A DNA stretch of 64,000 bases, from positions 14,062 through 78,061 of the forward strand of contig DBOL01000103.1 in the NCBI GenBank assembly GCA_002299555.1. The letters are read 5' to 3'. The notes under the pieces are model-generated. The model was not told where the DNA came from, ran no database searches, and was given only the letters and a program-made list of their open reading frames with translations. This DNA is from Candidatus Aminicenantes bacterium UBA647 (lineage in GTDB: Bacteria; Acidobacteriota; Aminicenantia; UBA2199). The position numbers were made by a program, and so were the translations under genes. This document shows, one piece after another, positions 9,938-19,993 of the stretch; within the stretch, counting starts at the first letter, position 1; every line of letters begins with the position of its first letter.

Positions 9938-9965
9938 TTGACAATGAATAACTATTAGCTATACT
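9938..9965 (+). promoter_or_regulatory. Sigma-70-type promoter of the Rrf2 gene (leaderless configuration)
   Basis: TTGACA (9938..9943), 16-nt spacer, TATACT (9960..9965). Only 8 nt separate the -10 from the ATG at 9974, and there is no Shine-Dalgarno. Confidence 0.55.
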
Positions 9966-9973
9966 TTAGTTAA

Positions 9974-10375
9974 ATGAAAATTAACACAAAGATTAGATAT
10001 GGACTTAGAATGCTGGTTCTTCTTGCTGAGAATAGCGATGTGATCAACACTGAAATTCTCGGAAAAAAGATGGTTGTATCACCTAAATATCTCAGGAAGC
10101 TTGCGGGTCCTATAGAAAAAGCTCATCTCATTTCAAGTGTTCAGGGTAAATACGGCGGCTACAAAATAAATAAGAAACCTGAAGAAATTTTTATCTCAGA
10201 TATTTTTAAAGCATATGATGAAAGTCTTCAGATCTCAGGTTGTTCCAGAGACACAGGGTGTATATTGTCTGATGAGTGCATTACTTCTAATCTTTGGAGA
10301 TATTTTGAAGACCTTATATCAAAAGAGTTCTTCAATATATCATTGGACAAAATAATAGCCAACAAGTTTGTTTGA
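9974..10375 (+). CDS. Rrf2-family (IscR-like) transcriptional regulator with Fe-S ligand cysteines
   Basis: 133 aa. N-terminal wHTH signature MKINTKIRYGLRMLVLLA. Cys triad C-x5-C-x5-C (GCSRDTGCILSDEC) as in cluster-binding Rrf2 proteins. Confidence 0.85.
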   Translation: MKINTKIRYGLRMLVLLAENSDVINTEILGKKMVVSPKYLRKLAGPIEKAHLISSVQGKYGGYKINKKPEEIFISDIFKAYDESLQISGCSRDTGCILSDECITSNLWRYFEDLISKEFFNISLDKIIANKFV

Positions 10376-10381
10376 AATAAT

Positions 10382-10873
10382 CTACTTGTACTTTTTAAAA
10401 AACCCGGATATAGATTTAGGGATCTGAGAAGATAACTCATTCATAGTTGCAACTATCTCCTTTATTTTGATGAAGATATCATCTTCCCCAACCCAATAAA
10501 ATTTTATTTTCTCTCTCATTCCCTCATCACTGCTATTAATGATCTTATTTAGAAGAATAACTGCAATCAGGAGATCATCAACAAAACCAAACACAGGAAT
10601 AAAATCAGGAACTATATCAATTGGAGAAATAAAATATACAAACCCGATCGCGATCATACCTTTTGTCTTGGGTGATACTTCTTTGTCACTAACCAACTTT
10701 ATCATGAGGTGAATAAGATCAGGGAATATTAGAAGGTATTGGACAAAGTTATCCATCCATTTCCCGCTTTTTTCCCCAAGCTTTCCGCTTTCAAACCAGT
10801 CAGTTACTTTCTTCCTGATCTTCAGATAAAAATCGTCAAAACTTCCTTTTTTATTGACAGGTAGTTTCCCCAT
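10382..10873 (-). CDS. DUF1232 (YkvA-like) membrane protein
   Basis: 163 aa with the hallmark SPIDIVPDFIPVFGFVDDLL and flanking hydrophobic helices. Confidence 0.7.
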   Translation of the reverse strand: MGKLPVNKKGSFDDFYLKIRKKVTDWFESGKLGEKSGKWMDNFVQYLLIFPDLIHLMIKLVSDKEVSPKTKGMIAIGFVYFISPIDIVPDFIPVFGFVDDLLIAVILLNKIINSSDEGMREKIKFYWVGEDDIFIKIKEIVATMNELSSQIPKSISGFFKKYK

Positions 10874-10927
10874 ATTAGTTGCCGCCTTATTTTAAATTAA
10901 CAATAAAATCAACCTGAAAAACCGGAA

Positions 10928-12181
10928 CTACTTCTCAAGCTCTTCAAGTTCTTTAAGATATTCTTCCCTCTTTCTTTTCTTTACATAAATATCTTTGAAC
11001 TTTTTGTTGTATTCATTGTTCTTTTTAACAAATTCAGCACTCTTTGAAGGATCTATCTTGATCATCTCCCTCCAAAGAAGTCCCATATAGGAATAAGGGT
11101 TCGGGTATTCAGGTGAAAGGTTCATGGCTTTCTCAAGTGCAGCAAAGCCTATATCAATTGCTTTCTTCCTATCTTCTTTTGGAAATATATCATCATCAAC
11201 GGGAGTTTGATAGCTTTTGTTCCATGCTACAACGCCAAGTGAATAATAAGCTTCTGCAAACTCAAGTTTCTTTTCTTCGCTTAGATCAACAAGTTTTTTC
11301 TCAGCTTCATCAACTAATGATTTTAGTACAAGTTCTTTTTCCGCGATCAGATCAATGGCTTCTTCAAGAGTAGGATAATTTTTCAACTCCTCTCTTTTTT
11401 CAGCAAGGAGCTCCTTCTTCTGGGCAGCTGGGATAGCTTTGTTCCCATCTACATTCCTGATATATTTATTAATATCCTGAACTCTTTTGATATCGGCATT
11501 GACCTTGTCTATATCTGAATAACTATCCAGTATTGTTGGATCCATCATCGCAACGATCCTTTTATTATGGGCCGCAATAGCTTTGTCCCATGCTCTGTAA
11601 TTCTGTAAATACACTGCATAATAGTGGTATCCACTAGGGTTGGTCGGCTCAAGTTCGATCCTCTTCTCATACATTTCATTTGCTTTCTCGAACTTACCAT
11701 TCTGGGAATAAAAGTTTGCCAGCGTATAGAAAGATTTAGGAGAATCTGATGATTTTTCAAGAATCTTCAGAAAGTATTTTTCAGCTTCCTCAAAATTCCC
11801 GATCTTATCAAAGATACTACCAAGAGCAATAATTACATGATCATCTTCCGGAAAAACTTCTTCGGCCATCTGAAGGTATTTTACAGCTTTTTCACTATAT
11901 TCCAGATTTCTCTCTGTCTCTTTTCCCGGTTTGTACAACATGCTGTAGCATGTCCCGACATAAAGATAAGCAACGTCAAGTTCGGGGTTTTTTTCAAGCG
12001 CTATCTCATACTCTTCCGAAGCTTTCCGGAATTTTTCCTGAGCATATAATTTATTTGCTTCTCTAAGATGTTTATTTGCACTTAAATTTGAAACTGTTAA
12101 CTTCTTACATCCTGAAACACCTGAAAGTAAAAACATTGCGATTATGAGTATCAAAACAGAGTATAATAATTTTTTCATCAT
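10928..12181 (-). CDS. TPR-repeat lipoprotein
   Basis: 417 aa. Signal plus lipobox LSGVSGC. Several 34-aa TPR-like units (A..Y..AL...P....AY...G..Y). GAGGAGG Shine-Dalgarno upstream. Confidence 0.75.
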   Translation of the reverse strand: MMKKLLYSVLILIIAMFLLSGVSGCKKLTVSNLSANKHLREANKLYAQEKFRKASEEYEIALEKNPELDVAYLYVGTCYSMLYKPGKETERNLEYSEKAVKYLQMAEEVFPEDDHVIIALGSIFDKIGNFEEAEKYFLKILEKSSDSPKSFYTLANFYSQNGKFEKANEMYEKRIELEPTNPSGYHYYAVYLQNYRAWDKAIAAHNKRIVAMMDPTILDSYSDIDKVNADIKRVQDINKYIRNVDGNKAIPAAQKKELLAEKREELKNYPTLEEAIDLIAEKELVLKSLVDEAEKKLVDLSEEKKLEFAEAYYSLGVVAWNKSYQTPVDDDIFPKEDRKKAIDIGFAALEKAMNLSPEYPNPYSYMGLLWREMIKIDPSKSAEFVKKNNEYNKKFKDIYVKKRKREEYLKELEELEK

Positions 12182-12260
12182 ATCCTCCTCAGATATTGAA
12201 ATATATTGTAATCTTCGGTAAAAGTCAAGTAATTTAGGGTAAAAATGTCGGTATAACTCT

Positions 12261-12623
12261 TCATTTCACCCGGTAGAACCACATAAGAAAAAGCCAAAGG
12301 TCCTGTATGTATGGGATAAGTTTATTGTTGAGATAAATTCTGGTTGTCTCTTGATCTTTTACAAGCTCAAACAATTCGTACAGATCATCGACATCGGGTG
12401 GATAAAAGCTAACATAGGTTTTTCTAAAGTCACCTTCACCTTCCTCCATGAAATAAGGGTTTTTTAATGCAAGCTCCAGGGCCTTTTCATATTTTCTGGA
12501 TAAATGCTTCTGAAACCTTATGGTAACTTTGAACTCTTTGTTGCTTTTTTTCGGATTCAGGATATTCGAGAGCTTTTCAGCTTCGATCTTCTTCTTTGCA
12601 TCCATGACAGAATTATAATACAA
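12261..12623 (-). CDS. Hypothetical protein (120 aa)
   Basis: Open frame co-directional with and 37 nt downstream of the helicase gene. I recognise no motif, so coding status rests on ORF length and context only. Confidence 0.4.
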   Translation of the reverse strand: MYYNSVMDAKKKIEAEKLSNILNPKKSNKEFKVTIRFQKHLSRKYEKALELALKNPYFMEEGEGDFRKTYVSFYPPDVDDLYELFELVKDQETTRIYLNNKLIPYIQDLWLFLMWFYRVK

Positions 12624-12660
12624 AACAACCCCTCAAATCAAACTTAAACAGAGTCTGAGA

Positions 12661-14733
12661 TCATTCTGAAAATTTCAGTTTGACAATCGAGGTGTCAATA
12701 AGTTTTTCACCTTTCTCTCTGAAATCTACAAGGTATTTAGTTTCATCAGTTTTTTTTAATACTGCACCCAATCCAAAAACGGGATGCTCCACTATCATCT
12801 CCGGTTGTGATCCTGACGAGGATTTATCCGGAGAAACACCTGAAATGCTTCCCAGAAGTTCTCCGAAGGAATAAGCAACGTTTACATTGTTAAGCCCTGT
12901 CTCAAGCAAAAATTCAGATTCCCTTGCTCCTCCTGTAGAGATCACAAGTCTGTCAATTGCTCTTGTGGAAGCAACATACATGAGGCGTCTCTCTTCCTCG
13001 ATCTCCATTTTTTCCTTTCTCATGAAAAACGGCATATATGTACTATTCACCCCGACAACAACTACAGTCGGATATTCCAATCCTTTAGAATTGTGCATCG
13101 TAAGCAGGAGTACCTTTTCGGAATTCGAGTCTTTACCCCTCCCTGATTCCAGAGATAATTTGTCAAGAAGTTCATGGATATCTTTTTTTTCATCCGACTC
13201 AGACTCCCACTTTTTAATAAAATCCAGAAGCTCATCGATATTAAGGAGCCTGTCATCCTGCCTGCGCTCCTTCAGGTATCCGGTGTATCCTGAATCATCC
13301 AACAACATCTGGAGCAGATCAGATAAACTTCGCTCCCTGTTCCCTTCACTGACTTTACAGATTTTTTCAAAGAAGGGCTTCGCATTGAACTTGTCAAGGA
13401 AATACTCCTTCAGCGAGTTCAAAAGAGAAATCCCATTTTCATTGCTCCGGGCTCTTATTTGCTCAAGCGATTTCGCCCCTATCCCAAGAGGAAGAAAATC
13501 AATTACCCTCAAAAATGAAACATCATCTTCCGGATTGAGAGCCAACCTCAACAGAGAGACCGAATCCTTTATCTCCTTTCTGTCAAAGAACCTTAACCCT
13601 TTGACTATCCGGTAATTAATTCCCCTCTTCTGAAATACTGACTCGAAAGGGAAAGATTGAGAATTGATCCTGTATAAAATCGCAAGGGGAAACATGGAGG
13701 GGTCTTCCCTGGAATAGTGCTCTATCATATCTGCAACCTGCTCTGCCTCCGACTCCTTCGAAGAGACAAGCATAAGTGTGACAGGATTTCCACTCACCCT
13801 CTCCGTCCACATCTCCTTTACCTGCCTGAACTTATTCCTTCTGATCAGAGTATTTGCAAAATCGAGGATCTCTCTGGTGGATCTGTAGTTCCGCTCCATC
13901 TTCATGGTCCTTGCCCCTTTAAAATCCTCCTTGAAATCGGTCATAAAGCGGATATTTGCTCCACGCCAGGAATAGACGGCCTGATCATCATCACCTACAA
14001 CGGTTATTGCACCATGCTTAGAAGCTATCAGACGGATCAATTCATACTGATTCGGATTCGTATCCTGAAATTCATCAACAAGTATATATTTGAAACGGGA
14101 CTGATACATTTCTCTGGTTTTCTTATCCCCACTCAGCATTAGAACAGGAAGGGATATCAGATCTTCAAAATCCCACCTTTTATTTTTTTTCTGTTGTGCC
14201 CAGTATTGAGAAAATATATCTGTCTCATCTTCGGAAAATCCTTTTCTGGACAACATATCTCTGTTGTTGGGATAAAGCAGGTTCATTTTTGCTCTGTTTA
14301 TTTTTCTTACTACATCATCGACCATATCACTGGTAAAGTATGAAAATTTTTCTTTTATAATATTTCCAATGATTTTTTTCTGATCTTTGTCGTCACCGAT
14401 CGCCCAATCAGTATTGTATCCGGCATTTACTCCTGATTCTCTTAACATTTTCAATCCAAGTGAATGGAATGTTGATATATTGAAAAGAAACGGATCAATA
14501 CCGGTTATGCCGGTAACCCTGTCTTTCATCTCGTTCGCGGCCTTGTTGGTAAAAGTTACACCAAGTATGTTTAAAGGCGAATATCCGTGCTCTTTTATGA
14601 GATACGCTATCTTATTCGTTATAACACGCGTCTTTCCCGAGCCTGCTCCTGCCAGAATAAGCAATGGCCTTTCAATGAACTTTACCGCTTCGATCTGTTC
14701 ATCATTCAGTTCAGAGAAGACCTTACCGCTCAT
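12661..14733 (-). CDS. uvrD: ATP-dependent DNA helicase, UvrD/PcrA/Rep family
   Basis: 690 aa. Motif I AGAGSGKTRV, motif II VDEFQDTN, motif III VVGDDDQAVYSWRGA, motif VI VASTRA. Short C-terminal Tudor-like tail (HPVFGLGAVL). Confidence 0.93.
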   Translation of the reverse strand: MSGKVFSELNDEQIEAVKFIERPLLILAGAGSGKTRVITNKIAYLIKEHGYSPLNILGVTFTNKAANEMKDRVTGITGIDPFLFNISTFHSLGLKMLRESGVNAGYNTDWAIGDDKDQKKIIGNIIKEKFSYFTSDMVDDVVRKINRAKMNLLYPNNRDMLSRKGFSEDETDIFSQYWAQQKKNKRWDFEDLISLPVLMLSGDKKTREMYQSRFKYILVDEFQDTNPNQYELIRLIASKHGAITVVGDDDQAVYSWRGANIRFMTDFKEDFKGARTMKMERNYRSTREILDFANTLIRRNKFRQVKEMWTERVSGNPVTLMLVSSKESEAEQVADMIEHYSREDPSMFPLAILYRINSQSFPFESVFQKRGINYRIVKGLRFFDRKEIKDSVSLLRLALNPEDDVSFLRVIDFLPLGIGAKSLEQIRARSNENGISLLNSLKEYFLDKFNAKPFFEKICKVSEGNRERSLSDLLQMLLDDSGYTGYLKERRQDDRLLNIDELLDFIKKWESESDEKKDIHELLDKLSLESGRGKDSNSEKVLLLTMHNSKGLEYPTVVVVGVNSTYMPFFMRKEKMEIEEERRLMYVASTRAIDRLVISTGGARESEFLLETGLNNVNVAYSFGELLGSISGVSPDKSSSGSQPEMIVEHPVFGLGAVLKKTDETKYLVDFREKGEKLIDTSIVKLKFSE

Positions 14734-15340
14734 CTATCCCTCTGATAAGTGGTGTGAAAGGAACAGGAATAAGGATCGTCCTCTTAAAATTACCATCCTC
14801 TTTTTTTTCTATAAGGATGAATTCCTGAACCTTGGAAGAATAACTGACGGGAATGATCATTTTTCCTCCGGGTCTGAGCTGGTCAAGAAGATCAGGTGGT
14901 ATATGGTCAGGAGAATAGGTACAGATTATCCCGTCAAAGGGGGCATTTTCTTTCCATCCGAGAGCTCCGTCACCTATCCTGAAATTTATATTTTTATATC
15001 CGAGTGATTTTAAAAGTATTTCAGCTTTTTTTGAAAGAGGTGGCCGGTTTTCGATCGTATAAACATTTTTCACCAGCTCCGCTAATATTGCTGCATGAAA
15101 TCCTGATCCGGTACCTATCTCAAGTACTTTCTTATCATAGTCCGGGGCAATAACATAGGTCATCATGGCAACAATATAAGGCCTGTCGATCATCTGCCCT
15201 TCACCAATTGCCAGAGAAGAATCCCCATATGACTCTTTCCTGTATTTCTCGTCTACAAAGAGATGCCTCTTAACATTTAAAAAAGCATTGGTCACTCTCC
15301 TATTTGTTATTCCCCTCTTGATTATCTGCTCTTCTACCAT
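14723..15340 (-). CDS. pcm: Protein-L-isoaspartate O-methyltransferase
   Basis: SAM motif VLEIGTGSGFHAAILAEL and GDGALGW...APFDGII. I chose the start at the ATG 15338..15340 (MVEEQIIKRGI) because GAGGA lies 5 nt upstream. The ORF track extends to 15577. Confidence 0.85.
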   Translation of the reverse strand: MVEEQIIKRGITNRRVTNAFLNVKRHLFVDEKYRKESYGDSSLAIGEGQMIDRPYIVAMMTYVIAPDYDKKVLEIGTGSGFHAAILAELVKNVYTIENRPPLSKKAEILLKSLGYKNINFRIGDGALGWKENAPFDGIICTYSPDHIPPDLLDQLRPGGKMIIPVSYSSKVQEFILIEKKEDGNFKRTILIPVPFTPLIRGIDER

Positions 15341-15529
15341 ATTCTTCCTCAACTCTGAATATTCATCGCAAAACAAAATGGAAGCGAAGGCAATAAATAT
15401 TGATAAAACAGCAAAATTGGATTTTTTCACGATCCAATTGTAGCAGATAATAAGGAAACAACAAAGATGATCATCCCTCGCACAAAAAATGTTGATATAC
15501 AGGGCGATTTGTACTATATTCTTTACAAA

Positions 15530-17674
15530 ATGATAAAACGGTTTTTTGAACTTCAGGAAAAAGTACTTAATTATCACCCAAAGGCAAACACTGAACTTCT
15601 GAAAAAAGCATATTCAGTTGCAGCTGATGCACACATGAACCAGACCAGGGCAGACAAAGAGGCATATATTTCTCATCCACTATCTGTTGCAGGGATCCTT
15701 GCAGATATGAAGCTCGACGAAATCTCTGTTGCTGCGGCACTCCTTCATGACGTTGTTGAAGACACGGATTATACAATTGAGGACATAAACTCTTTATTCG
15801 GGAAAGAAGTAGGGGGTATCGTTTGGGGTGTGACAAAGATCACCAAAATTTCTGACCTCGATGCTGAAAATGCAAAGGCTGAGACACTCAAAAAGATCAT
15901 TATTGCCATGACGGGAGATGTGAGGGTAATCCTTATCAAGCTCGCTGACAGGTTACACAACATCCTCACCCTTGGCGCACTCAAAGAAGAAAAACGGAAG
16001 AGGATCGCCAGAGAGACCCTTGATATATACGCACCAATAGCAGCACGACTGGGAATGGGCAAAATAAAAGTAACCCTTGAAGATATTTCATTCAAATATG
16101 CATGTCCGGCGGAATACGACAGAATCACTCGTGAGGTCGGGGTAAGAGAAGAGTGGGCAAATCAGAAACTTGAGAAATTCCGGAAAGAACTGAAAAAGAT
16201 CATGCGAGAACTGGGAATCTCCGGGGATATCGAATACAGGATCAAAAGAAAATTTTCGATCTATAAAAAATTAGAAAAGCAGAATATAGATATTGAGAAG
16301 GTCTATGATCTTCTTGCACTTCGTGTGGTAACAAAGTCGGTTGCTGACTGTTATGTGATAATTGGAGAAATACATCAAAGATACACTCCTCTTCCCGGAA
16401 GATGGCGTGATTTTATTGCTCACCCGAGAAATAACGGTTATCAATCGATACATACAACGATCATTTCCGGAGACGGGATCAAATACGAGATCCAGATACG
16501 GACAAAGGATATGCATAAGATCGCAGAAGAGGGGATCGCCGCACATTGGAAATATAAGGAGGGCATATCATTTCTTGAGAATGACCAGAGACTGGATTGG
16601 TTCAGAGAGATGATCGATGCCCACAAGGAGAACCCTGACCCTGAGGAATTTTTGAACCTCTTAAAAGGGGATCTGGTAGTGAAAGAGATATACGTTTTTA
16701 CACCCAAGGGGAAAGTATTCAATCTTAAGATCGGGTCCACTGCAATCGATTTTGCATATGCTATTCATACCGAGATCGGAGATAAGTGTTACGGGGCTAT
16801 AGTGAATGAACACATGGTGTCAATAAAAAAAACCCTTAACTCTGGAGATGTTGTAGAAATAGTAACCAGAAAGAACGCCTCACCTTCACTTGACTGGCTG
16901 AAATATACTGCGACCACGAAAGCACGAAAAAAAATATTGAACTTCCTTCAACAGGAGGAGAACAGAAAGAATATTGAGAAAGGGAAAAGGTTGTGGAGCA
17001 AGGTCCTGAGGGAATACAAGAAGAAATATAAGATCAAAGTGGACGAGAAAGAATTAAAGGATCGCCTGAAAAAAATTCACTACAATGAGATCGAAATATT
17101 TTTTAGAGACATAGGATCCAACAAAAAAGCCCTAGATAAAAAAACCATGGGAGTGATCTTCAACGAAGTGGAAGCTTTCGAGATAATCCCTAAAAAAGTA
17201 CGGTCAAAGAAGAGGGATCAACTTTACAGAATGATCAAGGTAGATGGGTATCAGGATATCGATGTTAAATTTGCAAAATGCTGCAATCCTATCAAAGGAG
17301 AAAAAATCAAAGGCTTCATCACATTGAAGAGGGGACTTGTAATTCACCGAGATAATTGCTCTAGCCTTAAGAATGTAATGCAGGAGAGAATAAAGAAGGT
17401 TGAGTGGAATGATGAGGCAGAATTTTCTCAACTTGTAAAATATGACATTATTGTTTCCGACAAGCCGGGAATGCTCAGTTTGATCTCGAATATAACTGCC
17501 AAACATGATTCGAATATCAAAAAGATAGAAAATGAAACGATCACTCAGAACTCAAGCAAGATCAAGATCTCTTTTGAGATCAACCATATCGGCCAATTAA
17601 AGGAGATCTATAAGGAATTTTCAGAGACCAAAGGTGTTTTTCAAGTAATAAGGAAAAGGATCTCGGAAAAATAA
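15530..17674 (+). CDS. rel: Bifunctional (p)ppGpp synthetase/hydrolase, RelA/SpoT homolog
   Basis: HD hydrolase domain (HPLSVAGILA...LLHDVVEDT), synthetase motif (YQSIHTT), and TGS and ACT regions. The start is ambiguous between 15467 and 15530. Confidence 0.93.
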   Translation: MIKRFFELQEKVLNYHPKANTELLKKAYSVAADAHMNQTRADKEAYISHPLSVAGILADMKLDEISVAAALLHDVVEDTDYTIEDINSLFGKEVGGIVWGVTKITKISDLDAENAKAETLKKIIIAMTGDVRVILIKLADRLHNILTLGALKEEKRKRIARETLDIYAPIAARLGMGKIKVTLEDISFKYACPAEYDRITREVGVREEWANQKLEKFRKELKKIMRELGISGDIEYRIKRKFSIYKKLEKQNIDIEKVYDLLALRVVTKSVADCYVIIGEIHQRYTPLPGRWRDFIAHPRNNGYQSIHTTIISGDGIKYEIQIRTKDMHKIAEEGIAAHWKYKEGISFLENDQRLDWFREMIDAHKENPDPEEFLNLLKGDLVVKEIYVFTPKGKVFNLKIGSTAIDFAYAIHTEIGDKCYGAIVNEHMVSIKKTLNSGDVVEIVTRKNASPSLDWLKYTATTKARKKILNFLQQEENRKNIEKGKRLWSKVLREYKKKYKIKVDEKELKDRLKKIHYNEIEIFFRDIGSNKKALDKKTMGVIFNEVEAFEIIPKKVRSKKRDQLYRMIKVDGYQDIDVKFAKCCNPIKGEKIKGFITLKRGLVIHRDNCSSLKNVMQERIKKVEWNDEAEFSQLVKYDIIVSDKPGMLSLISNITAKHDSNIKKIENETITQNSSKIKISFEINHIGQLKEIYKEFSETKGVFQVIRKRISEK

Positions 17675-17677
17675 TAG

Positions 17678-18232
17678 CTATTTTTCCCGTTTTCTATCTC
17701 TGTCTCTCATGGAATAAACGCATCCACAATAGTCCTGGTGAACGATCCCAAGATCCATGCTCATTTTTTTTCCGATATTAAAGCCGTCTCTCTTTTTGAA
17801 ATTTTCGGGAAGAAACTCAACTTCGTATTTCTCACTCATCTTCTGTCCGGAACTATTTATCTGGACAATATTCTTATATGGGCTGATTGATAATGTTGAT
17901 GCTACCATGTCAAAACCATTTTGCTTTGCATATTCGAATACTTTTTCAAATCTCATATCAAAACAGATAGAACAACGCTCGCCTCTCTCAGGATCATTCT
18001 CATGTCCTTTTGCAAGCTGAAACCACTTGGCATCTTCGTAATTAGAAATTACATTTTTCCATCCCAGTTTTTCCGAAACCTTTTTTAACTCATCCACTCT
18101 GAATTCATACTCTTTAGCAGGATGAATATTGGGATTATAAAAAAACCCGGTCACATCAAAATTTTCCCGGAGTCTTTCAATTACCAGAACAGAGCATGGA
18201 GCACAACAGATATGCAGCAGCAGCTTCTTCAT
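17678..18232 (-). CDS. queH: Epoxyqueuosine reductase QueH (DUF208)
   Basis: 184 aa. Motifs LLLHICCAPCS, CSICFDMR and YCGC are the conserved Cys pattern of QueH. Confidence 0.85.
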   Translation of the reverse strand: MKKLLLHICCAPCSVLVIERLRENFDVTGFFYNPNIHPAKEYEFRVDELKKVSEKLGWKNVISNYEDAKWFQLAKGHENDPERGERCSICFDMRFEKVFEYAKQNGFDMVASTLSISPYKNIVQINSSGQKMSEKYEVEFLPENFKKRDGFNIGKKMSMDLGIVHQDYCGCVYSMRDRDRKREK

Positions 18233-19092
18233 AAAAGTAATCGAGGCGGATTCCTCTCTGTCAGCTCTGTAAGGGTGTGGGAATCACTCCCTCTCGTGGC
18301 AAACAAGCCGTATTTTTCAGTAGAATTACTTATCATGGAGATCAGGCTCGAATGATCTTTCCTGTTAAACTTAGCAGGAGAGAAGCCATGGTAATCATAA
18401 AATACTTCCACGCCTTCAAGACCGAATGTAGAGAGTTCCGCTATCATTTTGTCAAGTTCTATCCCATTTTCCCCAATATAATATGCAGGGTGCGCAAGGA
18501 CAGGCGTTCCGCCTGATCTCAAAATAATAGAAATTATTACTTCAGGAGGCAGTTTAGGCACAATCGTCTTTGATTTACATTTTTCTGAGATCCATTCTGA
18601 AGCATCTTTATATTTACTAAATTTCCCATTTTTCAGTAGCTCCCGGACTATATGCGGCTTCATCAACGTTTCTCTCTCCTGAGGAAAGATCATTTTATCT
18701 GTCAGCATTTTTTTTCCGAGATTAGTGTTGACCTTATCCATAATCTCCCTGATCCTTTTTTTTCTTAGAGATTGGACATCTGCAAGGTGTTCGCTCAGAA
18801 CAGGATGTGCTACATCGATCCCATAACCGAGAATGTGAATCTCAAATCCCATATATTCACTATCCAGTTCAATTCCCGTTATAAGATCCAGCCCTCTCCG
18901 GTCAGCACTCTTCTGAAGAGCAGCCGCCCCTCCTGCATAAGCACCGACACCATCATGATCAGTGATAGAAATGGTCTTCAAACCACTCTTCTCCGAAGCC
19001 TCTATTATCTCCTCAGCTATCATTTCGCCATCGGACGCAATGGTGTGAATATGCAGATCAGCAGAAGTCAGATCAATTTTAGCAAAGTCCAT
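18229..19092 (-). CDS. PHP-domain phosphoesterase (TrpH/YciV-like)
   Basis: 287 aa. N-terminal DLHIHTIASDG...ISITDHD and later HP/H motifs of the PHP fold. The stop overlaps the queH start by 4 nt. Confidence 0.75.
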   Translation of the reverse strand: MDFAKIDLTSADLHIHTIASDGEMIAEEIIEASEKSGLKTISITDHDGVGAYAGGAAALQKSADRRGLDLITGIELDSEYMGFEIHILGYGIDVAHPVLSEHLADVQSLRKKRIREIMDKVNTNLGKKMLTDKMIFPQERETLMKPHIVRELLKNGKFSKYKDASEWISEKCKSKTIVPKLPPEVIISIILRSGGTPVLAHPAYYIGENGIELDKMIAELSTFGLEGVEVFYDYHGFSPAKFNRKDHSSLISMISNSTEKYGLFATRGSDSHTLTELTERNPPRLLL

Positions 19093-19142
19093 AGACGCTA
19101 TATTAACACAAAATAAAGATTAAGATAAAGAGCCTGAAAACA

Positions 19143-19361
19143 TCAGGCAAAGCTGATCTCTTCATCTCCAAACAGTATATTGAAAAGTCTTGTTACCGGG
19201 CCGGGAACCTTTCCAGATATCTTTCCACCCACTTTCTCTCTATAGATCAGATTGAACTCTTTTCTGATAAAACTAGGGGTGTCAAGATCCCCTATAACAA
19301 AATTTCCATTCTCTTCTAAATAGTCAACCGAAACCTTACTCAGCTCATACTTATGGTTCAT
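19143..19361 (-). CDS. Hypothetical small protein (72 aa)
   Basis: ORF between the NusG paralog and the PHP gene on the same strand. No motif recognised. Confidence 0.35.
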   Translation of the reverse strand: MNHKYELSKVSVDYLEENGNFVIGDLDTPSFIRKEFNLIYREKVGGKISGKVPGPVTRLFNILFGDEEISFA

Positions 19362-19426
19362 CGTTCCTCCTGCATCTATTATATTTGCAGGGGTACGCCA
19401 AATAATGTCATAGATCTTAAAAAGTT

Positions 19427-19939
19427 TTACAAAGATTTGAGATATTCTTTCGGGAGGGTCAGCTTGGTTGTAAAGTTAACATTCGTCAAGAGGATCACAG
19501 CCCTCTTTTCGTCTGGAAGGTCTTCGCAGAATATACCTTCCCAGCCATCAAAATCGCCTTCATCAACCACGATCTGCATACCTGGATCAAACTTTCCCTC
19601 TACTTTCTTCATTACAACCAGTCCATCCTCTTCCCTCAATTTGATATCTTCGATCTTATCTTTATCCAGTATCCATAATGATTGCTTGTTTCCAAGCACT
19701 TTCTTAATACCTCTTGTATATCTTATCTTCTGATAATGCTCTTCAAAATCAAATCTGCAAAACAGGTACCCGGGGAAAAGGGGGACAACTACATCTGTCT
19801 TCTCTTTTTTAACCTTCTTTTTCTTCTTGTAAAGAGGGAGATACGACTGAACTCCGAGAATGTCCAGGTTTTTTATTACACTCTGTTCCTGCTTAGGTTT
19901 TATACTCAATATATACCAAAGTAATTCTGATCCGGACAT
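19427..19939 (-). CDS. NusG-family paralog (RfaH/UpxY-like specialised antiterminator)
   Basis: 170 aa. NGN domain (WYILSIKPKQEQSV...PLFPGYLFCRF) and a KOW-like region (GMQIVVDEGDFDGWEGIF). It is not in the secE-nusG-rplK context of housekeeping nusG. Confidence 0.7.
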   Translation of the reverse strand: MSGSELLWYILSIKPKQEQSVIKNLDILGVQSYLPLYKKKKKVKKEKTDVVVPLFPGYLFCRFDFEEHYQKIRYTRGIKKVLGNKQSLWILDKDKIEDIKLREEDGLVVMKKVEGKFDPGMQIVVDEGDFDGWEGIFCEDLPDEKRAVILLTNVNFTTKLTLPKEYLKSL

Positions 19940-19993
19940 GAAAAGATTCTATTTTATGAGCATGACAATGTCAACAAACAGAACAGGTCGACT

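Noticed and set aside
12887-13615. 242-aa plus-strand ORF inside the helicase gene. Similar long antisense ORFs lie at 14387..15007, 26336..26899, 33791..34393, 54809..55429, 49874..50233 and 50276..50635.
   Set aside because: All lie antisense to genes with strong family motifs and translate to Ser/Leu/Pro/Arg-rich low-complexity sequence. These are typical shadow frames of AT-rich coding DNA.
15341-15577. Upstream in-frame extension of pcm, including a hydrophobic FAVLSIFIAFASILFC segment reachable from a GTG at 15430, which would make an exported Pcm
   Set aside because: The ATG at 15340 has a good GAGGA Shine-Dalgarno and gives a normal Pcm N-terminus. The GTG has no ribosome-binding site, and the extension runs into the divergent rel promoter region.
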